DNA from: Spirochaetia bacterium
GTDB lineage: Bacteria > Spirochaetota > Spirochaetia > CAKZLE01
Direction of reading: 5' to 3'
Length of the DNA stretch: 64,000 nt
Assembly (NCBI GenBank): GCA_963677595.1
Contig: OY782041.1
Location: forward strand, 2,688,001 to 2,752,000
Of the stretch, positions 1 to 9,658 are shown one piece after another. Both the position numbers and the translations under genes were made by a program. Below the pieces are notes generated by a model. That model did no database searches, had not been told where the DNA came from, and worked only from the letters and a program-made list of their open reading frames with translations. Position 1 is the first letter of the stretch, and each line of letters starts with the position of its first letter.

Positions 1-61
1 AGCCCGGCCGGTAGCGTGCATAATCTGCCACCCTGTCTGAGAAACGTTTCGTGCTCTCCAT
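1..61 (-). CDS. Partial CDS (N-terminus only), probable class I SAM-dependent methyltransferase
   Basis: Manual translation gives MESTKRFSDRVADYARYRPG after SD GGAGAAGGAG. The RFSDRVxxYxxYRP pattern is typical of methyltransferase N-termini. Runs off the window edge. Confidence 0.6.
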   Translation of the reverse strand, partial: MESTKRFSDRVADYARYRPG

Positions 62-190
62 GATCACTCCTTCTCCTGTACTATAGCATGGCCAGTCCTT
101 CTGGGATTCAATTGCCGTAAAGAAATTCTCAGTTTCTTGTGTTTGGGCTCTTGATTTTTTTCTGAAACAGGAATACACCAGAAGCAAGAG

Positions 191-230
191 AGAGAAAATA
201 ACGGAAAATAGCGGAAGTTATTGGAGCTTA
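191..230 (+). promoter_or_regulatory. Four tandem 10-bp direct repeats overlapping the RBS of the HTH-EIIA gene
   Basis: agaGAAAATA acgGAAAATA gcgGAAGTTA ttgGAGCTTA, with an exact 10-nt period. Confidence 0.5.
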
Positions 231-231
231 T

Positions 232-933
232 ATGGAAGATACAGTCATGATACTATCCGAAGTGGCAGAGTACCTCAAGTTCTCTGAGAAGACGATCCTC
301 AAGATGGCGAAGGAGAATCGCATCCCCTGTACCCGTATCGGGAACCAGTGGAGGTTCTACCGGCCCCTCCTCGATAAATGGCTGGTATCAGGGATAGATT
401 TCAGCACTCCTCGACAGACTGAGGACCAGCTTTCCGAGGATCAACTGCTCGTCCCGCTCTCACGCCTTTACCGGGAGGAGTTGACCGTCCTTGATGTGGA
501 ACCGGGAAGCAGGGTCCATATCCTCCGGCAGTTGATCAAGCCCGTCCTGGAACAGGAAACGGGGATCGAGGGTGACGACCTGCTCGAGGGACTCTATGAG
601 CGAGAGCGGCTCAACCCGACTGCCGTTGGCCATGGGATCGCCATCCCCCACCTGAGGACCCCGTCAGTCCAGTTGTCCTCAGGGCCCTCTTTCATCGTGG
701 GGATCTGTCCCGAGGGTACCGATTTCAAGGCGCCGGACGGGAAACCTGTCAGGCTGTTCTTCCTGATCCTAACCCAGAACGAGAAGACACATATCCGTAT
801 CCTGTCACGGCTCATGCAGTTGTGCCGTGATGAGAATGTATGCACTAGACTGGTGCAGCAGAGCAGTGCCCGGGGCATAACAGAAGTGCTGCTGCAGCAG
901 GAATACCAGAATCCCGGGAAGAGAGAGGAATAA
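232..933 (+). CDS. Excisionase-like HTH (HTH_17) fused to a PTS EIIA (PtsN-like) domain
   Basis: N-terminus LSEVAEYLKFSEKTILKMAKENRIPCTRIGNQWRF; EIIA motif ERERLNPTAVGHGIAIPHLR with the phospho-His; SD GGAG. Confidence 0.9.
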   Translation: MEDTVMILSEVAEYLKFSEKTILKMAKENRIPCTRIGNQWRFYRPLLDKWLVSGIDFSTPRQTEDQLSEDQLLVPLSRLYREELTVLDVEPGSRVHILRQLIKPVLEQETGIEGDDLLEGLYERERLNPTAVGHGIAIPHLRTPSVQLSSGPSFIVGICPEGTDFKAPDGKPVRLFFLILTQNEKTHIRILSRLMQLCRDENVCTRLVQQSSARGITEVLLQQEYQNPGKREE

Positions 934-936
934 GAG

Positions 937-1389
937 ATGAACCTGAAGAACCTGATACGTCAAGAGCGCATATGCCTGCTCGAGGACACCAGGAAGAGCG
1001 AGGTGCTGATCCATATGTCAGAACTTGCCTGCAGCACATCTGATGAGATCACGGATCTCGAGGCACTCAAGAAGGACATCTTCTTCAGAGAAGAGCTGAT
1101 GAGCACTGGGATCGGCCTGGGACTCGGGGTCCCGCACCTGCGGATGGAGGGGCTCTCGGAGCCCGTGGTATGCATCGGCGTACAGAAGAAGGGGATCTAT
1201 GATTATCAGTCCCTCGATGAGGTGCCGGTGAAGGTGGTCCTGATGATCCTTGTCGGGAAGGAACAGCACAGGCAGTATATCAGGATCCTCTCACAGCTGA
1301 CGGGGATGATCAAGAACCGGGATCTCATCCCGCAGATCGCTGAGGCGGAGAGTGCAGAAGCAGTCTACCGCATCCTGGTGGAGGACTAA
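937..1389 (+). CDS. Stand-alone PTS EIIA domain protein
   Basis: REELMSTGIGLGLGVPHLR motif. Confidence 0.9.
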   Translation: MNLKNLIRQERICLLEDTRKSEVLIHMSELACSTSDEITDLEALKKDIFFREELMSTGIGLGLGVPHLRMEGLSEPVVCIGVQKKGIYDYQSLDEVPVKVVLMILVGKEQHRQYIRILSQLTGMIKNRDLIPQIAEAESAEAVYRILVED

Positions 1390-1392
1390 GCT

Positions 1393-3066
1393 ATGTTCCA
1401 GTTCGATATCTCCCACCTTAACCTCCTGCTGCTGCTCGGGATCATCCTCTTCGGGGGGACACTTGGGGGAAGGCTCTTCCAGAAGATCAGGATCCCCCAG
1501 GTCGTTGGCTACATCATCATCGGCGTGGTCCTCGGGCAGTCGGTGCTCAAAGTGGTGAATGCCGACATGGTCGATGCCCTGCAGCCCTTGAGCTATTTCG
1601 CCCTCGCCCTGATCGGGTTCATGATCGGCGGCGAACTGAAGATCAAGGTGTTCAAGAAGTACGGCAGACAGTTCATCTGGATCCTGCTGCTTGAGGCCCT
1701 GGTAGCTTTCGTGGTCGTCGGGGTCCTGACGACGGTCACCCTGCTGCTGATCACGCATGACGTGAACAGGAGTATCGCACTCGGGCTGCTGCTCGGGGCG
1801 ATCTCCTCAGCGACTGCCCCTGCCGCGACCACGGACGTGCTGTGGGAGAACAAGACCCGAGGCCCCGTCACTTCGATCGTCCTGGGGATCGTCGCGATGG
1901 ATGACGGTATCGCCCTGATCCTCTTCGCGCTCACCTCGAGCATCGCAGGAGTCCTCGTCGGACAGAACACCCAGTCCTTAGGGCTCAATCTGCTCTCCCT
2001 GGTCTATGACATCGGCCTTTCGGTGATCCTCGGCTTTCTCTTCGGCTTCGTCCTGAGCCGGATCATCCGACGGTACCGCGATGATGACAAGATCCTCGCG
2101 TTCTCCCTCGGGTCGATCCTGCTGCTCATCGGGGTAGCTACCGCCCTCGATATTGACCTGATCCTGGCAGCGATGTCCATGGGGTTCTTCAAGACCAACT
2201 TTACGCCGAGGTCGAGCCAGTCGACCTTCAAACTGGTCGAACGGTTCACCCCGCCAATCTATGTGCTCTTCTTCGTGCTGGTAGGGGCGAAGATGGATTT
2301 CAGTGCCTTGAGTCCCTTCGTCCTGATCATGGCCGGCGTTTACCTCTTCGGCCGTACTGCGGGGAAATATATCGGGGCTTCACTGGGGGCGAGGATCTCG
2401 GGGGCTGTGGAGAGTGTTCGCAAGTATCTCCCGTTCTGCCTGCTCAGCCAGGCCGGTGTGGCTATCGGGCTCTCGATCATCGCAGGCCAAAGCTTCCCGG
2501 GTGATGTGGGCAATACGATTATCCTGATCGTTACGACCACCACCTTCGTCGTGCAGCTCATCGGTCCCCCTTCGGTGAAATATGCCGTGGAGAAGGCAGG
2601 AGAGGTCGGGCTGAACGTGACGGAAGAGGACATCATGAAGACCGGAAGCGTCTCTGACGTGCTTCCTGATAACCCTCCCTATTTCCTTGAGGGCACTCCC
2701 GCATCAAAGGTGCTCGAGGAGTTCAGCAGGAATGACAGTTTCTACTTCCCGGTCCTGCGGCAGGCGAAGGAGAAGAAGGAGCTCCTGGGGATCATTACGA
2801 TCGATTCGCTGAAGGATACCCTGTCCGATCTCGAGATGACCCAGTGGCTGCTGGCGCTTGATCTCGTCGAGGAGGTCGTCTGCACCGGTACCGATGACAA
2901 GAGCCTGCTTGAGGTCCGTGAGATCATGGGTAATAATTACGTGGAGTATCTCCCGATCATCGATGCCGGGGGAGACTATAAGGGGATCATCGAGGAACGG
3001 CTTATTCAGAAATATGTCAGCTCACGGATGCTGACAGCCCAGAAAGAATCAGAGAGGTTAGGCTAA
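1393..3066 (+). CDS. CPA2-type cation:proton antiporter with a C-terminal CBS pair
   Basis: Many TM helices; SATAPAAT, VAMDDGIA and SQAGVAIGL motifs; CBS-like tail. Confidence 0.88.
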   Translation: MFQFDISHLNLLLLLGIILFGGTLGGRLFQKIRIPQVVGYIIIGVVLGQSVLKVVNADMVDALQPLSYFALALIGFMIGGELKIKVFKKYGRQFIWILLLEALVAFVVVGVLTTVTLLLITHDVNRSIALGLLLGAISSATAPAATTDVLWENKTRGPVTSIVLGIVAMDDGIALILFALTSSIAGVLVGQNTQSLGLNLLSLVYDIGLSVILGFLFGFVLSRIIRRYRDDDKILAFSLGSILLLIGVATALDIDLILAAMSMGFFKTNFTPRSSQSTFKLVERFTPPIYVLFFVLVGAKMDFSALSPFVLIMAGVYLFGRTAGKYIGASLGARISGAVESVRKYLPFCLLSQAGVAIGLSIIAGQSFPGDVGNTIILIVTTTTFVVQLIGPPSVKYAVEKAGEVGLNVTEEDIMKTGSVSDVLPDNPPYFLEGTPASKVLEEFSRNDSFYFPVLRQAKEKKELLGIITIDSLKDTLSDLEMTQWLLALDLVEEVVCTGTDDKSLLEVREIMGNNYVEYLPIIDAGGDYKGIIEERLIQKYVSSRMLTAQKESERLG

Positions 3067-3962
3067 TGAAGTTGAAGAGTCTGTTAGACAGGGATTTTAT
3101 CAATCCAAGAGCGAAGGTATCCACGAAGGATGAGGCGATAGACCTGGTCCTCAAGCAGTTCTTCCACGGGTACAAGTTCAAGAAGAGCCAGGCGGAGATC
3201 AAGCAGGCTATCCTCGAACGTGAAGCCCTGGGAGGGACCCTGCTCGAGAACGGCATGGCGATCCCCCACGCACGGCTGGACGGGTTCAATGACCTGCTGA
3301 TCGGGATCGTGATCCCGGAGCAGCCCATCATCGATGAGGACGGGAGCGAGATCAACTCCCTCGTCATCTTCCTGACGACGAAGGCAGGTTCCACCATCTA
3401 CCTGCAGACACTGGCGAGCTTCGCCAGGCTTGCCATGGATGCGGAGAAGTTTGCATCCTTCCTCGCAAGCTCTACCCCTGCTGATGTGATCAGTTCACTG
3501 GATGGGTTCTATGTGGAGAAGGGGATGACAGTCGGGGACATCATGTCAGATAACCTCTTTACGATCAGGAAGGAGGAGACCCTGAAGGACCTAGCCGACC
3601 TCTTTTACAAGCATCGGATCAGCTATGTCCCCGTCGTGGACGGGCAGGACAGGCTGATCGGTGAGGTGAGCATGAGTGACCTGCTCAAGGTCGGGATCCC
3701 GAACTATGCCGTGATGATCGGCAATCTCGATTTCCTCTCCCATTTCGAACCCTTCGAGGAACTCCTCAATAACGAGGACAAGATACCGGTCGGCTCGATC
3801 ATGAGGAAGGTGACCCAGTCGATGAGGCTCGATACCTCCCTGATCGAGGCTGCGCTGATTCTGACCAAGTATGACAGGCGACATCTCCCCGTGGTCAAGG
3901 ACGGGAAGATCCTTGGTGTCGTGAGCTATATGGACCTGCTGAGCAAGGTTCTGAGGGCGTAG
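3066..3962 (+). CDS. PTS EIIA domain fused to a CBS pair
   Basis: EREALGGTLLENGMAIPHAR, then CBS motifs (VGDIMS...ISYVPVVD...LIGEVS; RRHLPVV...LGVVSYMD). Confidence 0.88.
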   Translation: MKLKSLLDRDFINPRAKVSTKDEAIDLVLKQFFHGYKFKKSQAEIKQAILEREALGGTLLENGMAIPHARLDGFNDLLIGIVIPEQPIIDEDGSEINSLVIFLTTKAGSTIYLQTLASFARLAMDAEKFASFLASSTPADVISSLDGFYVEKGMTVGDIMSDNLFTIRKEETLKDLADLFYKHRISYVPVVDGQDRLIGEVSMSDLLKVGIPNYAVMIGNLDFLSHFEPFEELLNNEDKIPVGSIMRKVTQSMRLDTSLIEAALILTKYDRRHLPVVKDGKILGVVSYMDLLSKVLRA

Positions 3963-3990
3963 TGAGCCGTATATGAGGAGTGAGTAGCAT

Positions 3991-5268
3991 ATGTTTCATA
4001 TAATCCTGGCCGTTGCATTGTTCATCCTGGCGTTCCTGATGATAACGTTCGAGTGGATAAATAAGACGACTATCGTGCTTGTCGGGGCCGTGATCTATAT
4101 CTTCGCGGGCATCATCGAACAGGAGAGCGCGTTCGAGGCGATCGACTGGAACGTCATCTTCCTGCTCATCGGCATGATGATCATCGTGGGCATCACGAAG
4201 GAGACCGGTTTCTTCCAGTACATAGCGATCAAGTCCGCAAAGCTGGTGAAAGGAGACCCCATGCGGATCCTGCTGCTGCTGTCGGTCATCACGGCATTCT
4301 TCTCCGCCGTCCTCGACAACGTCACCACCATCCTGATCATCACGCCGGTGAGCATCCTCATCGCCGTCGAGTTGGGGATCTCCCCGCTGCCCTTCGTGAT
4401 CAGCAATGCCATCGCGTCGAATATCGGGGGGACGGCGACGCTCATCGGGGACCCTCCGAACATCCTGATCGGGAGCGCGGCAGACCTGAGCTTTATGGAC
4501 TTCATCATCAACACAGCCCCTGCTGCGCTGCTCTCGCTGGTCCTCTCCCTGGTCGTGGTATACCTCATCTTCCATAAGAAGCTGCATGTTAGCAATGAGA
4601 TGAAGGCGAGGATCATGGACTTCGACGAGACGAGGACCATCACGGACAAGGGACTGCTTGCCAAGTGTCTCGGCGTCATCGGCCTCACGATCATCGGTTT
4701 CGTCATCCATGGGGCCCTGAACCTCGAGCCGGCGACCATAGCCCTGGGCGGGGCTGCACTGCTCATGCTGCTGACCAATGAGCATGATGTGGACAAGTAC
4801 TTTCATGACATCGAGTGGGGAACGATCTTCTTCTTCATCGGACTGTTCATCCTGGTAGGCGGACTGGTAGAGCTGGGTGTCATCAAGACACTGGCGACGA
4901 AGGCGCTCGAATTTACCGGGGGGAACATCACAAGCACCTCCCTGCTGCTCGTCTGGATCTCCGGTGTCTTCTCGGCGTTCGTCGACAACATCCCCTATGT
5001 GGCCACGATGGTCCCGCTCGTGGGCGATATCGGGTCGCACCTTGGGGCTGAGGCTGTCGTCCCTCTCTGGTGGAGCCTTTCACTCGGTTCCTGTTTCGGC
5101 GGGAACGGGACCCTCATCGGGGCCTCTGCAAACGTCGTGAGTGCCGGGATCGCCGGAAAGAGTGGGTATAAGATCAGCTTCCTGGAGTTCACCAAATACG
5201 GTGCCCTGATCACCCTGATCTCCCTGGTCGTTTCGTCGGTGTACATCTATCTGAGGTTCCTGGTCTGA
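3991..5268 (+). CDS. ArsB/NhaD (IT superfamily) ion transporter
   Basis: SAVLDNVTT, SNIGGTATLIGDPPN, SAFVDNIPY and GGNGTLIGASAN motifs. Confidence 0.9.
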   Translation: MFHIILAVALFILAFLMITFEWINKTTIVLVGAVIYIFAGIIEQESAFEAIDWNVIFLLIGMMIIVGITKETGFFQYIAIKSAKLVKGDPMRILLLLSVITAFFSAVLDNVTTILIITPVSILIAVELGISPLPFVISNAIASNIGGTATLIGDPPNILIGSAADLSFMDFIINTAPAALLSLVLSLVVVYLIFHKKLHVSNEMKARIMDFDETRTITDKGLLAKCLGVIGLTIIGFVIHGALNLEPATIALGGAALLMLLTNEHDVDKYFHDIEWGTIFFFIGLFILVGGLVELGVIKTLATKALEFTGGNITSTSLLLVWISGVFSAFVDNIPYVATMVPLVGDIGSHLGAEAVVPLWWSLSLGSCFGGNGTLIGASANVVSAGIAGKSGYKISFLEFTKYGALITLISLVVSSVYIYLRFLV

Positions 5269-5332
5269 CATAGGGGTGACGGCTTCTAGAGGGCCTCTTG
5301 ATTATATCGGTGAATTATGTATGATGCAGGGC

Positions 5333-5677
5333 ATGGGAAAAGAACGGCCCTATACAGTCCGGCGGATCCTGCGGGTACAGCTCATTATTCTGATACTGCT
5401 GGAGATACTGTATGGTGTGGTGATTGGAACGGCTGGACTCCCGTGGATCCCCCACTTCCCGGCGATGGTGGTCTGCACGGCCTGCCTCATCCACGGCATG
5501 CTGGCCTTTGCGGTCCCTGAGCACAGGGTGTCAGACCATACACCTGGTCCTTCCGGGGAGAAGGACTCCCGGAAGATACAGAGACGGTTCACCAGGGGGA
5601 CGGCCTCGTTCATCACCAGTGCCGTCGCGATATGCTATGTGTTCTTCCTGCGGCTCCTGGGCTTCTGGCCTCAGTAG
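5333..5677 (+). CDS. Small hypothetical membrane protein (about 3 TM helices)
   Basis: Hydrophobic ORF filling the gap before convergent era. ATG 5333 was chosen because TTGATT-16-TATGAT lies 7 nt upstream. Confidence 0.55.
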   Translation: MGKERPYTVRRILRVQLIILILLEILYGVVIGTAGLPWIPHFPAMVVCTACLIHGMLAFAVPEHRVSDHTPGPSGEKDSRKIQRRFTRGTASFITSAVAICYVFFLRLLGFWPQ

Positions 5678-6546
5678 ATCAGCCTGTTCAGGATGTTGGA
5701 CTTCTTCTTCCACTTGGCCTGGGTCTTCACCCGGATGTCCAGGTGGATGTTATAGGGGAACAGGTGCTTGAGCTCCTTCTGGGCCTCTTTCCGGATCGCC
5801 TGGATCCCTGATCCCTTCTTCCCGACCACGATCCCGACCTGTGATTCCCGCTCGACGATGATGAAGGCCCTGATCCAGAGCTTCTCTTCCTTCTCATCGA
5901 GTTCCATATCCGCGATCTCGACATAGAGGGCGTGGGGGAGCTCCTGGCTCACCCGGTTCACTACCTTCTCCCGGATGATCTCGGCCGCCCTGAACTCAGG
6001 GGGCTGGTCGGTATAGAACTCCTCGGGGTAGAGCATCTCTCCCTCCGGGGCTTCTGAGAGGAGGGTGGTAAGCAGGGCATCGATCCCGTCTCTCGACACG
6101 GCTGATACGGGGAGGATCGCCCTGATCGACGGGTCGTAGGAGAGGAACTGCTCGACCCGGTCTACGCTGCTTCCCTCGACATCGGTCTTATTCGCCGCGA
6201 CGACCATGGGGACCTGTACCTCACGCAGGATGGAGAGGATCTTCTCCTCCTCCGGACCCGGGGCCCTGGTGGTGTCCACGACATAGAGGATCAGGTCCGA
6301 CTCGGAGAGCGAGCCCTGGGCGACCTCGACGAGGCGCTGGTTGAAGTCCTTGTCAGAGAGGTGGTAGCCCGGGGTGTCGATGAAGATCAGCTGGCCCCGT
6401 TCCTCGGTATAGATCCCCCGGATCGCGTTCCGCGTCGTCTGCGGGGACGGGGCGGTGATCGATACCTTCTCCCTGCAGATCGCATTGAGGAGGGTGGACT
6501 TGCCGGCAGAGGGCCTGCCTATGATGGATACTGTCGCGCATTTCAT
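5671..6546 (-). CDS. era: GTPase Era
   Basis: GRPSAGKST, QTTR, DTPG and NKTD motifs; KH domain (IVVGKKG). Confidence 0.97.
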   Translation of the reverse strand: MKCATVSIIGRPSAGKSTLLNAICREKVSITAPSPQTTRNAIRGIYTEERGQLIFIDTPGYHLSDKDFNQRLVEVAQGSLSESDLILYVVDTTRAPGPEEEKILSILREVQVPMVVAANKTDVEGSSVDRVEQFLSYDPSIRAILPVSAVSRDGIDALLTTLLSEAPEGEMLYPEEFYTDQPPEFRAAEIIREKVVNRVSQELPHALYVEIADMELDEKEEKLWIRAFIIVERESQVGIVVGKKGSGIQAIRKEAQKELKHLFPYNIHLDIRVKTQAKWKKKSNILNRLIY

Positions 6547-6659
6547 AGCGGTATTGTACCGATAATACTCCTGATGTGATACCCCCGCTGATTCATATCT
6601 TTTCTTTTCCCCTGAATATGAGTATACTTTCTAACCAGAAGACTAAGACGGAGTGATGC

Positions 6660-7235
6660 ATGGCCGAAGAAGAGAAAGAGAAGAAGGGGAACGAGAACCC
6701 TATCACCGAGAAACTGCTGGAAACACGATCTATCCTGATCTCAGGGGAGATCAACAAGGAACTCTCCGAGCGGGTTGTGAAGCAGCTGCTGCTGCTCGAG
6801 GCCGCAGGGGATGATCCCATCAAGATATTCATAGACTCGCCCGGAGGGGATGCTGATGCCGGCTATGCCGTGTTCGACATGGTGAGGTTCGTACGGCCGA
6901 GGGTCATTATGGTCGGGATGGGGCTGGTAGCCTCAGCCGCCGCACTCATCCTCCTGGCTGCACCAAAGGAGGACAGGATCGCCCTGCCTAACTCGAACTA
7001 CCTCATCCACCAGCCGCTGAGCACCATCAGGGGGGTCGCTACCGAGATCGAGATCCATGCGAAGCAGATCGAGAAGCTCAGGAAGAAGATCAACGTCCTG
7101 ATCAGCGAGGAGACCGGTACGGCCCTCGAACAGGTCGAGAAGGATACCGACCGCGACTGTTGGCTCGATGCGGAAGAGGCTGTCTCCTATGGCCTGGTCA
7201 CACGGGTCATCTCATCGAGGATGGAACTCGACTAG
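6660..7235 (+). CDS. clpP: ATP-dependent Clp protease proteolytic subunit
   Basis: IDSPGG, ASAA (catalytic Ser), IHQP (His) and DRD (Asp) motifs. Confidence 0.95.
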   Translation: MAEEEKEKKGNENPITEKLLETRSILISGEINKELSERVVKQLLLLEAAGDDPIKIFIDSPGGDADAGYAVFDMVRFVRPRVIMVGMGLVASAAALILLAAPKEDRIALPNSNYLIHQPLSTIRGVATEIEIHAKQIEKLRKKINVLISEETGTALEQVEKDTDRDCWLDAEEAVSYGLVTRVISSRMELD

Positions 7236-7369
7236 TGCAGTACGTCCAGGATCGATGAACTGAACAGGGGGCACGGCAGGTACTGTCGTGCCTTTCGTCT
7301 TCAGGGCTTCCGCAGGGGCGGCAAACCGATGGTTGCCAATGCGGCCGTTGGGAGGGAGACTGCCATTAA

Positions 7370-9565
7370 ATGAGAACGAAATACCTTACCCGGGAAGAGA
7401 AGAAGGCAGGCCAGCTCCACTTCTCACGATTCCAGATGCTCAACGGCGCCGGCTACAACTTCCTCGGCGATACCATCGTATACCTCCTCGCTATCTACTA
7501 CGGGGCGACGAACATCCAGCTCGGCTATATCTCCTCGGCGGCCTTCATTATGGGGATTTTCCTCCCCGTGGTACCGAAACTGTTCCGGGGACGGAACCTT
7601 GTGAACGTCCAGGCCTTCGCCTGGTTCTTCCGGGGCTCGGTAGGCCTCGGCTACGGGGTCCTCTTCTTCCTCTCAGGCCAGACTGCTGTGTGGGTGATCC
7701 TGCTGCTCTATACCTTCTTCTGCCTCTTCCGGCTGACGGGGGTCGTCGTGATCAACCCCCTGCTCAACCATGTCTCCTCTACCCGGACCCGGGGGGAGGT
7801 GACGTCCCGGATGAACATCTCCTTCCAGTCAGTCTCGATCGTCGCTAAGGTCATCAGCACCCTCGTGATCTCCCTCCAGGCGTTATCGGGGGTGATCGGG
7901 CTCATCGCGATACAGTTCCTCGGCTTCATCGTGAACACCGTCTCGGTATTCGAGCTGAAGAAGGTCCCCTGCCGCGCTACCGTGGAGGTCGCCCGGGGAA
8001 GGAACCTGCGCACCATCTTCATGGAGGCTATGCGCAAGAAGCAGGAACGGACCGTCCTGCTCATCGTCTGGATCAATGTCTCCATGTTCGTCTTCATTGG
8101 CCTGATCATCCCCTTCCTGCGGAAGGAGTTCGGCCTCTCGAACAGCCTGGTCATGTTCTACTCAGTCCTGACCGGTATCGCCATGGTACTCGCGAGCATG
8201 TATGCGAAGGCGGTCGGGGACCGGCTGGGAAGCCGGCCCTTTCTCCTTATCGGCCACGCGGCCATGCTCGCCTGCCTGGTCAGCTGGATGCTCATCCCGA
8301 CGTCGGTCTCCTTCGTGATCGTCTACCTGCTCGGGTTCGCTTCCAACTTCTTCCTCTTCTCCAACAACCTCTTCATCAGCCGCCTGCTGCTGCTCCAGAT
8401 CCCCGAGGATGAGGGGGTCCTGTACAACACCATGAGCAACTTCGTGATCGCGATCATTTCGCTCGTCAGCGGCCTGCTCGGGGGCTACCTGATCGACCTC
8501 GGCACGAGCCTGCCGATCTCCAGGGTCACGGGCGGGCTCTCAAACAGCTACCTGCTGTTCTTCGCCCTTGCCGCTGTCGTGACCCTTAGCATGCTGCTGC
8601 TCTCCTACCGGCTCTCCGAACCGGGAGACGGCCCTCCCAGCTCATCGATTCGGCTGCTGTTCACCTACCAGGGGCTCAAAGCCTATGTCGATATCTCTCG
8701 GCTGGGGAAGATCAAGAACCCGCTGAAGAAGCAGACAGTCCTCCACTCCATCACCGACAATGCCAATGACATGGCTACCGAGGAGATCCGGCGGGTGCTC
8801 GCATCCCCGCTCTCACGGGAGAAATCGCCCGTGATACAGTCGTTGTTCCACCACAAGCGCTACTCCCTGGTGAAGCAGCTCATCGCCATCGCGACCGATC
8901 CTGATTCCTACCACCAGCTCGACGCGATCTTCGCGCTGGGAGCCTATGAGCGGGATGAGGTGAGGGAGACCCTGCTGAAGATCTACCAGGAGTATGAGAA
9001 CCCCCGGTACCGGTCCTCGGCCATCAAGGGGCTGAGCCGTATCGGGTATACCGGGCTCGCAGACGATGCGGTCCGGGAGATAACTGCCGGCCACCCCATC
9101 TGGATCCAGATGAACTACCTGATAGCCCTGCGGAACATGGACAGCTCAAAGCTCTTCAGCGAGGGCCTGTTCAACAACGTGAGGCTCGGGAAGTCGAAGA
9201 CCTACCGGCAGACGGTCTACTCGCTCTATGCCGATATGCTCGAGTATGAACCCTCCCTCTCTGATATCTACCGGGAGCGGAACATGAGGCAGGGGCAGGG
9301 GCTCAAGGAGTTCCTTGAGGACTCCCGGGATGCCCAGGGCGTCTATGACCGGTACGACGAGATACGGCTCTGGTTCCGGAACGGTGACTGGAAGGCAGTA
9401 GTCCTCTGGTGCGGGTCGGCCCTGCAGGGGAGGGCGTTCACCGGCTCAGATGAGAACCTGAGACGATCCGTCATGGGGGCGGGGGAGCTCGTGGGGTCAT
9501 TCGATTATGAAGACGCCCTTGCCTGCTTCTACTACACCTACCAGCTGCTGCGGGAACGGTCTTGA
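7370..9565 (+). CDS. MFS transporter with a C-terminal HEAT-repeat-like soluble domain
   Basis: About 12 TM helices with a GDRLGSRP loop, followed by a helical region containing AIFALG and RSSAIKGLSRIG HEAT-like motifs. Confidence 0.75.
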   Translation: MRTKYLTREEKKAGQLHFSRFQMLNGAGYNFLGDTIVYLLAIYYGATNIQLGYISSAAFIMGIFLPVVPKLFRGRNLVNVQAFAWFFRGSVGLGYGVLFFLSGQTAVWVILLLYTFFCLFRLTGVVVINPLLNHVSSTRTRGEVTSRMNISFQSVSIVAKVISTLVISLQALSGVIGLIAIQFLGFIVNTVSVFELKKVPCRATVEVARGRNLRTIFMEAMRKKQERTVLLIVWINVSMFVFIGLIIPFLRKEFGLSNSLVMFYSVLTGIAMVLASMYAKAVGDRLGSRPFLLIGHAAMLACLVSWMLIPTSVSFVIVYLLGFASNFFLFSNNLFISRLLLLQIPEDEGVLYNTMSNFVIAIISLVSGLLGGYLIDLGTSLPISRVTGGLSNSYLLFFALAAVVTLSMLLLSYRLSEPGDGPPSSSIRLLFTYQGLKAYVDISRLGKIKNPLKKQTVLHSITDNANDMATEEIRRVLASPLSREKSPVIQSLFHHKRYSLVKQLIAIATDPDSYHQLDAIFALGAYERDEVRETLLKIYQEYENPRYRSSAIKGLSRIGYTGLADDAVREITAGHPIWIQMNYLIALRNMDSSKLFSEGLFNNVRLGKSKTYRQTVYSLYADMLEYEPSLSDIYRERNMRQGQGLKEFLEDSRDAQGVYDRYDEIRLWFRNGDWKAVVLWCGSALQGRAFTGSDENLRRSVMGAGELVGSFDYEDALACFYYTYQLLRERS

Positions 9566-9658
9566 TCTGATTACAGATCTTGGCTGAAATACACCTCTTG
9601 AGAAGTACATCTCTCGAGAAATAGAAGCATTCTCACCTTTTTCGCGTTTAGTATAGAT

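Noticed and set aside
232-420. Excisionase as evidence of a prophage or integrative element
   Set aside because: The HTH is fused to EIIA in a transport operon, and no integrase, att site or phage gene is present in the window.
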